Shown here: one piece after another, positions 1-8,698 of the stretch
Numbering within the stretch: the first letter of the stretch is position 1
How the letters are laid out: each line of letters starts with the position of its first letter
Assembly (NCBI RefSeq): GCF_006345805.1
Contig: NW_021825729.1
Coordinates: forward strand, 1 to 14,742
Reading direction: 5' to 3'
Length of the DNA: 14,742 nucleotides
Source: Octopus sinensis
Taxonomy: Eukaryota
Notes under the pieces: generated by a model
Database searches by the model: none
What the model saw: the letters and a program-made list of their open reading frames with translations, nothing else
What the model was told of the DNA's origin: nothing
Made by a program: the position numbers and the translations under genes

Positions 1-379
1 TATAAATATGGGATGGGCTTGTAACTCCAAAATTTTTACAATATCACGTTAGCTTAGCTTAGCATCAGTGAGATCACTTACTATAAAGAAAAACCTTGAG
101 AGCATGATTGTCTTATAGAAACCATGGGAAAGGACACTTGAACTAGTCAAAATAATAAAAATGATTTATTACGAAATAAGTGTGTCTGCCACCAAAAGAA
201 AGAGGGTGGCTTGTTTACCTGAATCACTGTGCGAATAGAAGATATATCAATAAAAATGACAAGATTATTTAATTTGTTAATTATAAGAATTGTATAAATT
301 AATACATCTATTCCTGTCAATCAATTACCATTTAACAAAAATCAATGTTTTAGTCATTGAATGAGTTATTATTTTTATA

Positions 380-448
380 CTAGCTCAGCAGTTCGCTTCG
401 CTCACTGCGAGCTAGCTCCTGCGGAGGCCCTGCTCGCTACGCTCGCAG
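380..448 (-). other. Helitron 3' terminal hairpins and CTAG end
   Basis: Minus strand reads CTGC-GA-GC-GTA-GC-GA-GCAG (448-430), CTCC-GCA-GGAG (426-416) and GCAGT-GA-GC-GAA-GC-GA-ACTGC (408-388), then TGAGCTAG. This is a GC-rich island in very AT-rich DNA. Confidence 0.85.
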
Positions 449-508
449 TTTCCTTAAATAACTATAAATTTATGTAGATATATAAATGCGACCTGCTTTG
501 ATATAACC

Positions 509-1319
509 TTATTCTAAGGCCTGTGGATAAACGATGTTTGCAGTCCGTCCATCCTTGGCAAATATAAATAAATTTTCTTCTACCTACCCTTGAGCACCCC
601 ACATACAGCTGGCCATGTGAAAAGCACTCGTTCTCTAAAAATAAGCCTACTACCTTTAAAGACTGTCCCTGGCCTTGTTTATTGTCATAGCAAAACTTAT
701 CTTCAGCGGAAATTGTAGTCTCTTAAATCTATCGCAGGCCCTTTCATGGTCCATAATAACGTCGACCGATTTATATATTCTTTCTCTCTGCCAGGGATTT
801 TCATTAATAAATCTAAATTTATATTAATTACCTCATCATTAAGTGGAGCTAATATAGCTCGTTCACGCAGCCAGTCGAAATTCACGTAGTGTTCAGATAG
901 TTCGGAATAGACGGCATTCAATAATTCTTCTGCTGTTTCTACGAAAATACATAATTCTTCCGGTAGCCTAATTTTCTGGTCGTGCATTTCTGAAGTGATT
1001 GCCCCATTTCCAATATCTAGAAGGATTTGTGGGAATATGCTATTAACGCCTTGTAAATGTGCATGTACATTTACATCTAAGCTTACCTTTTTCACGTGTG
1101 TCCACAAATATGACGATTTGAGGCAGGCATTCAATTCATCCGCAGGCGTCCCTCTTTGAATAATTGGCAGCGTCTGTCTAAAATCACCTGCCAATACAAC
1201 TAATGCTCCCCCAAACAAATGGTCGCTACAATTCTTGATATCTCTATATGTTCGGTCAACTGCTTGAATGCGCCTTTATGAGCCATCGTACATTCATCCC
1301 AAACAATTAACCTAGAATG
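509..1319 (-). pseudogene. Helitron RepHel C-terminal Pif1-family (SF1B) helicase remnant, frameshifted and internally deleted
   Basis: Motifs recovered across frames: RLIVWDECTMAHK (Walker B, ~1313-1275), FGGALVVLAGDFRQTLPII, ERAILAPLNDEV, FKRLQFPLKISFAMTINKA-QGQSLKVVGL, CFSHGQLYVGCSRVG and TANIVYPQALE*, with the stop at 511-509. There are several 1-bp frameshifts. Rep/HUH domain and Walker A are absent. Confidence 0.93.
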
Positions 1320-1596
1320 CATAATTCTATTACCCGTAGTTGAGTCTAACAGCAGTCCTGACCTTGTTCAGCTGTTGTCTAAGTTCCCTCACCATTTAAG
1401 CACATCTTCCCTCGTTTCTCTTTTTTTGTTATATGGTTCATATTCTCTTGTTTGTTAACATTCTCAGATCTCTCTTTATAGGACATTCTTATGATTTTGT
1501 AAACGCGAATCAGTAATTTATATTAAATTTTCTACGTAAATTTATTTAGTGAAATTTATGTAAAGTGTATTATCCAATCAAAGCCATTATACTTAA

Positions 1597-1834
1597 TTGC
1601 CTCTATGTTTAAAGGAATTGAAACTTTAGCATAATCGAACTTGTCTGTTTCGGTAAAGAAAATGATAATCATCAGCTTCATCTTTGTAGTATTATAAGGA
1701 AAAAAATTAAAGCCTGTTAAATCAAGGAGATTTAAATATAGGCAAATTGAAATTTACATGACTAATTTAAATTTTATTTGCCTCTATCTTTTAAGAAATC
1801 TAAACAGTAGCATAATCGAATTTGTCAGTTTCGG
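1597..1834 (+). repeat. Imperfect 57-bp direct repeat pair (1597-1653 and 1778-1834)
   Basis: TTGCCTCTAT...TAGCATAATCGAA.TTGTC.GTTTCGG occurs twice with 48/57 identity by manual alignment, offset 181 bp. Confidence 0.8.
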
Positions 1835-2033
1835 CAGTTAAAAAGATCAATTATGTAAATCTCTAATAATTTTTGCTTTTTCCTTTTTAGTGGTTTTCAA
1901 AATCTGATAATTGCACAGTCTATTCATGGTCGATAACAATTAGAGCTTTTATTTTATTTTTTTAACGAAAATTTAACAAAAAAGAATTTATGTCATCGAA
2001 AAAGATAGCTAAGCTAATTAATGGCCTCACGAG

Positions 2034-4805
2034 GCTTGAAGGTTGTGGAGGACCTCATCATGTGAGTCGAGGACTTTCTTGTCGTTCATTTTAACAAAAA
2101 CGCAGAAAATATTTTTTTTAATTTTTGGGCTTGAAGGTTTTGGGGGACCACATCATGTGAGTCGAGGACTTTCTTGTTGTTCATTTAACAAAAACGCAGA
2201 AAATAATTTTTTTTAATTTTTTGGCTTGAAGGTTTTGAGGGACCACATCATGTGAGTCGAGGACTTTCTTGTTGTTCATTTTAACAAAAACGCAGAAAAT
2301 AATTTTTTTTAATTTTTTGGCTTGAAGTTTTGAGGGACCACATCATGTGAGTCGAGGACTTTCTTGTTGTTCATTTAACAAAAACGCAGAAAATAATTTT
2401 TTTTAATTTTTTGGCTTGAAGGTTTTGGGGGACCACATCATGTGAGTCGAGGACTTTCTTGTTGTTTATTTTAACAAAAACGCAGAAAATAATTTTTTTA
2501 ATTTTTGGCTTGAAAGTTTTGGGGGACCACATCATGTGAGTCGAGGACTTTCTTGTTGTTCATTTTAACAAAAACGCAGAAAATAATTTTTTTAATTTTT
2601 TACCTTGAAGGTTTTGGGGGACCACATCATGTGAGTCGAGGACTTTCTTGTTGTTCATTTTAACAAAAACGCAGAAATAATTTTTTTAATTTTTTACCTT
2701 GAAGGTTTTGGGGGACCACATCATGTGAGTCGAGGACTTTCTTGTTGTTCATTTTAACAAAAACGCAGAAAATAATTTTTTTAATTTTTTAGCTTGAAGT
2801 TTTGGGGGACCACATCATGTGAGTCGAGGACTTTCTTGTTGTTCATTTAACAAAAACGCAGAAAATAATTTTTTTTAATTTTTTGGCTTGAAGGTTTTGG
2901 GGGACCACATCATTTGAGTCGAGGACTTTCTTGTTGTTCATTTTAACAAAACGCAGAAAATAATTTTTTTTAATTTTTTAGCTTGAAGGTTTTGGGGGAC
3001 CACATCATGTGAGTCGAGGACTTTCTTGTTGTTCATTTTACAAAAACGCAGAAAATAATTTTTTTTAATTTTTTGGCTTGAAGGTTTTGGGGGACCACAT
3101 CATGTGAGTCGAGGACTTTCTTGTTGTTCATTTTAACAAAAACGCAGAAAATAATTTTTTTAATTTTTTAGCTTGAAGGTTTTGGGGGACCACATCATGT
3201 GAGTCGAGGACTTTCTTGTTGTTCATTTTAACAAAAACGCAGAAAATAATTTTTTTTAATTTTTTGGCTTGAAGGTTTTGGGGACCACATCATGTGAGTC
3301 GAGGACTTTCTTGTTGTTTATTTTAACAAAAACGCAGAAAATATTTTTTAAATTTTTACCTTGAAGGTTTGGGGGACCACATCATGTGAGTCGAGGACTT
3401 TCTTGTTGTTCATTTTAACAAAAACGCAGAAAATAATTTTTTTTAATTTTTTAGCTTGAAGGTTTTGGGGGACCACATCATGTGAGTCGAGGACTTTCTT
3501 GTTGTTCATTTTAACAAAAACGCAGAAAATAATTTTTTTTAATTTTTGGCTTGAAGGTTTTGGGGGACCACATCATGTGAGTCGAGGACTTTCTTGTTGT
3601 TCATTTTAACAAAAACGCAGAAATAATTTTTTTTAATTTTTTAGCTTGAAGGTTTTGGGGGACCACATCATGTGAGTCGAGGACTTTCTTGTTGTTCATT
3701 TAACAAAAACGCAGAAAATAATTTTTTTAATTTTTTGGCTTGAAGGTTTTGGGGGACCACATCATGTGAGTCGAGGACTTTCTTGTTGGTCATTTTAACA
3801 AAAACGCAGAAAATAATTTTTTTAATTTTTTAGCTTGAAGGTTTTGGGGACCACATCATGTGAGTCGAGGACTTTCTTGTTGTTCATTTTAACAAAACGC
3901 AGAAAATAATTTTTTTTTATTTTTTGGCTTGAAGGTTTTGGGGGACCACATCATGTGAGTCGAGGACTTTCTTGTTGTTCATTTTAACAAAAACGCAGAA
4001 AATAATTTTTTTTAATTTTTTGGCTTGAAGGTTTTGGGGGACCAGATCATGTGAGTCGAGGACTTTCTTGTTGTTCATTTTAACAAAAACGCAGAAAATA
4101 ATTTTTTTTAATTTTTTGGCTTGAAGGTTTTGGGGGACCACATCATGTGAGTCGAGGACTTTCTTGTTGTTCATTTTAACAAAAACGCAGAAAATAATTT
4201 TTTTTAATTTTTTGGCTTGAAGGTTTTGGGGGACCACATCATGTGAGTCGAGGACTTTCTTGTTGGTCATTTTAACAAAAACGCAGAAAATAATTTTTTA
4301 AATTTTTTAGCTTGAAGGTTTTGGGGGACCACATCATGTGAGTCGAGGACGTTCTTTCTTGTTGTTCATTTTCAAAAACGCAGAAATAATTTTTTTTAAT
4401 TTTTTGGCTTGAAGGTTTTGGGGGACCACATCATGTGAGTCGAGGACTTTCTTGTTGTTCATTTTAACAAAAACGCAGAAAATAATTTTTTTTTATTTTT
4501 TGGCTTGAAGGTTTTGGGGGACCAGATCATGTGAGTCGAGGACTTTCTTGTTGTTCATTTTAACAAAAACGCAGAAAATAATTTTTTTTAATTTTTTGGC
4601 TTGAAGGTTTGGGGGACCACATCATGTGAGTCGAGGACTTTCTTGTTGTGTTCATTTTAACAAAAACGCAGAAAATATTTTTTTAATTTTTTGGCTTGAA
4701 GGTTTTGGGGGACCACATCATGTGAGTCGAGGACTTTCTTGTTGTTCATTTTAACAAAAACGCAGAAAATTGACTTGAAGGTTTTGGGGGCCTCATCATC
4801 GAGGA
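2034..4805. repeat. Tandem array, ~95-bp unit, 29 near-complete copies plus one partial, inside the Helitron
   Basis: Consensus is approximately GGCTTGAAGGTTTTGGGGGACCACATCATGTGAGTCGAGGACTTTCTTGTTGTTCATTTTAACAAAAACGCAGAAAATAATTTTTTTTAATTTTTT. I counted 30 CTTGAA anchors between 2034 and ~4775. Unit length differences come mostly from homopolymer length, and there are no unique spacers. Confidence 0.97.
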
Positions 4806-4944
4806 TATTCTTTCTTATTAAAATTTTTTGACAGGAAGGTTCTTAGAGGATATCAACCTTTTATTGTGCCTCATTATCGAATAACTACAAAAGGGAAGGT
4901 TTTGACAATTTGATCTGGTTTGTAACAATTTGAATGTGGGTGTG

Positions 4945-4980
4945 CACAGACAGACAGACAGACACACAGACAGACACACA
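4945..4980 (+). repeat. (CAGA/CA)n microsatellite near the Helitron 5' end
   Basis: CACAGACAGACAGACAGACACACAGACAGACACACA lies 22 bp inside the TC terminus. Subterminal microsatellites are common in animal Helitrons. Confidence 0.9.
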
Positions 4981-5080
4981 CCATACCATTTTATTATTAA
5001 GATTTATAATTTTTTAGAAATTGAAACGTACAGAAATAAAATGGAGGCATGTCTCTTAAATATTCATATAATTAACCTAT

Positions 5081-5090
5081 ATAACTGCGG
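5081..5090 (+). repeat. Target-site duplication, left copy (ATAACTGCGG)
   Basis: Identical to 8689-8698. It extends to ~17-19 bp if homopolymer differences are allowed (ATAACTGCGGGAAAAAAAT vs ATAACTGCGGAAAAAAT). Confidence 0.85.
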
Positions 5091-8000
5091 GAAAAAAATA
5101 GCGAACACTTGAAAATTTCTTGTGGTGTCGTGTATGTCTGTTTTCACCAGTCTGCAAGCAAATCCTGAGGGCTCTCTTACAAAAGATATTAGAGATAACC
5201 AACAACTATTGGTAAGAAGCAAGTCTTCGGGGCTACATGATCCCCATGAAATTTGTGGAAACTCTCCTACCGAACATGTCTCACCCCATCTAATCCCTCT
5301 TAAATCGGTGATCGGTGAGGAACACTCTAACGACAAAGTCAAATGGATTTCTGGTGTTGTGGAGTCAGCGAAGAGACGATTTGGCAGAATTCCTCGTGGA
5401 GGATGGAGACTTATTGCCGAATGTTTCAACGTCCGCTTTCTCACTCAAAAGAGTGTCTCTGATGTGAAAAACTTACTGAATGTAAAGCCCTGCTCTAATG
5501 GCTGTGGCAGTCGAAATAATGTGGATACCTCAGATTACTTATTGCCAAAGACAGAAATCTCCATTTATGGTAAATGCAAGGAAGAGTTTAATCTCCAAAT
5601 TCAGGAACTTAAGTCAATCCCACGAAATGCGAGAATGCCCACAAAGAAGATTCCGTATAAATTGCTAAAGACTGATGTTCTTGTCGCAATTAATGCTGTG
5701 ATTTCGAACTATATATTATCTTCTCCGCCTGCAAGCATAAATGAAATCACGGATATAATTTATGCCGGGCAATGCTCATATGAAAACATTACGAGGCACC
5801 CCCTAACAAAAAGCACATGGCTTGAGGATACGGAAAGAAAGATTTCCAAACTTAGAGAAAATCTAACTTTCGTTAATAAGTTTAATGGCCAGCAATCTAA
5901 AGACGAAAAAGAGAAGACACTGAACATTTTATGCTCGTTTGGATACACAAAAATCCAGAAAGGGAGAGCTGGCACGCGTATCTAGTCTTATTGAAGATAG
6001 AGTCAAAATTATGGAGAAAAAAATCTCAACCTATCGCTCCAGAAAGTCGTTTAGACAAGATAATTTCTGTTTTGAACTAAACAGGAGAAGATTCTATCGA
6101 AGACTGAACTGTGAAAACAAAGATTCGGATTGTCAAGTCCCAGAAGATAAGTGTCTATCTTTCTGGAAGGGCGTATGGAAGAAGAGGAGAACCGTGCTCC
6201 TAAAGCTATTGTTGGTAAGCATATTACTGGAGCTGAACAGCTTCCAAGTGACGTGAAAACTGATTTTATCAAGAATGTTATCCAGTGTGTACCCAATTGG
6301 AAAGCCGCGGGTTGTGACGGAGTTTATGGATTTTTTATCAAAAAGTTCGAAGCTCTTCATGGCCATTTGTGCGATGAGATCCTTAAAATTGTGAACGGAG
6401 GCTATTCCCCTGCTGAGTGGTTTTACACAGGAGTAACATACCTCATTCCAAAAAATGAAAAGTGCCATTCCCCAAATGACTTAAGGCCGATTACCTGCAT
6501 GCCTATATTGTACAAACTTGTCACTAAATGTGTGAATACAAAGCTTACAGACTATATCGAAGCGTTTAACCTTATCTCGGATAATCAGCTGGGAGCTAGA
6601 AGGCAATGCCAAGGCGCAAAGGAACAAGCACTAATAAACCAGTGGTCAATAGTGAGTATGGAAATAACTTATTTGCAACGTGGATCGATGTCAGAAAGGC
6701 ATTTGATTCTGTCAATCATGAATTCTTATGTCAAGTGCTTGATCAGTCTGGAATTCCGAATTGGATCACAAATTTTGTGAAAACTTTAATCAAAAATTGG
6801 AATGTCATTTTGACACTTAACAATAAGAGAATTGGAACCGTAAAATTGGAAAGAGGAATCTTACAAGGAGACTCACTCTCTCCACAACTCTTCACTCTGG
6901 TAATGGATCCGTTAAGTAGGAGCTTGAATATGAAGTTCCCGAAGGTGCGTATAGGTCAAAATGACCCGTTCACGGTTTCATATTCAACAAACCATTTGTT
7001 GTTTATTGACGACCTGAAAATAATTGCTGAGAAAGAAGAACCGTTCTAAAAATGATGGAAGATGTCGATGAATATTTTGATGCCGTTGGCCTCAAGAGGA
7101 ACTCGGAAAAGTCTGCGACTAACCTGGACTATGTGAAAGATACAAATGTCTGGATGGGTGTGCTGGGTATCGATACCTGGGAGTCTTGGAGGATAGAGGA
7201 AGTGATGTCAAGAAAATCGAGGTAATGAAAACAATTGCTCGAAACGTGAAAGAGAGAATCGAGAGTCTTGCAAAAACAAAGTTAAGTGCAGTAAACCTCT
7301 TTAAAGCGATAAACGAATATGCACTCTCTCTCTACAACTACTATATCGGATTGATCGACATTGAACCGAGTGAGTTTGATGCCATTGATCTGGTAATTCG
7401 TCGCATTCTAACTACTTTACGAATCCATCTGAAGCCCGCTAATAAAGAAAGATTATATCTCGGCAGAAATGGTTTTGGAAGAGGCTTAATCTCAATTTCC
7501 AATAAGAGCGAATGCATCCTGCTCCAATTTCTCTCCGACCTTGAAAGAAAAGCCTCGTTGTGCCTCAGAAGAGCAGGAATCTTGGGGTCTTGAGAGAAAA
7601 GAAAAGAAAACACATATGACCACGATTGCAAGATTTCTCGCTCTCAAGTACAATCTGGAAGACCAATCAAAATTGGATGTAAACCTTATTAAGGAGTGCC
7701 AGAAGAAAAGACTAATGGACACCATTAAATCTAAGATGATACATTCAACGCTGTTTAAATGCATTCAGGAACCGAGTGCTGATATCGTGGAGTCCAATGT
7801 ATGGCTAGCCAATGGGAACAATGGCCAAAGGCCGAGGCACTATATTGCTTGGCCCAGGATCGCAATTTGTTTTTCGGAGAGGCAAAGCCTAATTGTAACC
7901 ATTGCGGCTCGGCAAGAAAAACCGTGGATCACCTAGCTACTCGATGTAGCAGAATGCTTCACGGGTCATACATGCGAAGACACAATGAAATTGTCAGATG

Positions 8001-8688
8001 CATACATCTACACGTCTGTCGTCAGTACGGAATAAAGAAATGCAAGAAATTGAAAGCACACTCAGTCCAGTCGGTCGTGGAAAATAGTCGTGTTGAAATA
8101 CGAGTAGACATGACGTTGCAGACCGACATTGAAGTTAAAAACAACAAGCCAGACATTTTCGTGCTTGATAAAATGAAAAATGAGATAACGATAATCGAAG
8201 TCGGGGTCACATCCCAGGACAGGTTAAAGCAAGTCGAAGTAGAGAAACTCCACAAGTATGATCTACTTGCTGGAGAATTGGCACAGATTCACAAGGCAAA
8301 AGTCACGATAGTCCCTGTCGTATTGACATGGGATGGGGTAGTGACCAAGTTCTATAAGTCCTACATGAAAAAGTTGAATATAGAGGTCCCGACTAAGGCG
8401 TACATTCAATCAGTGACAATCAAGAAAACCCTGGAGAGCATGGTCGTTGAATACAACATGGCATGAAGGTCGACAACTACCAAATTGAGAAGGAAACGGA
8501 TAGTCTTATCGCTAGAGGAGAAGAACTGGGAGTGTCAGTTGACTTGCCAGAGAGTCTGCTTTCTTACTGCAATACGAAGAGGAGAGGTGTCAAGACATGA
8601 CCGGTCAACGGAGTAGTTCCCCTAAGAGAAGAGAGAATATCAATTAATTTTTAATTTTCGTTTAATTTTTGTTAAATAAAATTGATAA
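5091..8688 (+). mobile_element. Apparently full-length non-LTR retrotransposon with RT and C-terminal restriction-like endonuclease (R4/Dong-like, R2 supergroup)
   Basis: Single long ORF, ~40-nt 5' UTR, 88-nt 3' UTR with AATAAA (8675-8680), and flanking direct repeat ATAACTGCGG at 5081-5090 and 8689-8698. No APE domain and no LTRs. Confidence 0.9.
5134..8600 (+). pseudogene. RT-RLE polyprotein ORF (~1156 aa when reconstructed) interrupted by eight 1-bp indels
   Basis: RT motifs: PNWKAAGCDG, LIPK..DLRPITCMPILYK, NQLGARR, WIDVRKAFDSV, RGILQGDSLSPQLF, LLFIDDLK and YRYLGVLE. Zinc knuckle: CNHCGSARKTVDHLATRC (C-x2-C-x8-H-x4-C). RLE motifs: RRHNEIV, KPDIFVLDK..IIEVGVT and KLHKY. Frame switches occur at ~5962, 6178, 6641, 7045, 7128, 7585, 7830 and 8455, with no in-frame stop on the reconstructed path. 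Confidence 0.93.
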
Positions 8689-8698
8689 ATAACTGCGG
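8689..8698 (+). repeat. Target-site duplication, right copy (ATAACTGCGG)
   Basis: Identical to 5081-5090 and located directly after the element's AT-rich 3' UTR. Confidence 0.85.

Larger units (their letters stand above)
380..5002 (-). mobile_element. Non-autonomous Helitron (rolling-circle transposon), both termini present, ~4.6 kb
   Basis: On the minus strand it starts A|TCTTAATAATAAAATGG (A=5003, TC=5002-5001), followed by a (TGTC/TG)n tract. It ends with GC-rich hairpins then CTAG|T (CTAG 383-380, T=379), i.e. insertion between A and T with no TSD. It contains a Helitron-type helicase remnant in the same orientation. Confidence 0.9.

Noticed and set aside
49-63. (TTAGC)3 as an interstitial telomeric repeat
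   Set aside because: Fifteen bp is too short to be meaningful.
1-350. Coding exons at the left edge on either strand
   Set aside because: Several short open stretches and GT-AG pairs exist, but there is no unique consistent model or homology.
703-1218. Host PIF1 helicase gene
   Set aside because: It is intronless in an intron-dense genome, has Helitron-type motifs, is frameshifted, and is enclosed by Helitron termini.
3917-4270. 117-aa ORF made of 32-aa repeats
   Set aside because: It is a by-product of consecutive 96-bp units. Neighbouring units of other lengths break the frame.
4930-5112. 60-aa ORF with TDRH repeats
   Set aside because: It translates the microsatellite and crosses the Helitron end and the TSD.
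5064-8255. Minus-strand ORFs overlapping the retroelement (5064-5444, 5760-5975, 6051-6296, 6133-6468, 7341-7631, 7492-7764, 8022-8255)
   Set aside because: These are antisense shadows of the RT-RLE ORF with no recognisable motifs.
5122-8466. Programmed ribosomal frameshifting or a multi-ORF organisation of the retroelement
   Set aside because: There are eight shifts in both directions, several inside conserved domains, with no consistent slippery heptamers. Indel errors or decay is simpler.
2034-8600. Repeat array upstream of a reverse transcriptase as a CRISPR-, retron- or DGR-like coupled system
   Set aside because: The array has no unique spacers and lies inside Helitron termini. The RT is a eukaryotic non-LTR RT with its own TSD, and host DNA separates the two. 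It would merit revisiting only if array and RT co-occur at other loci.
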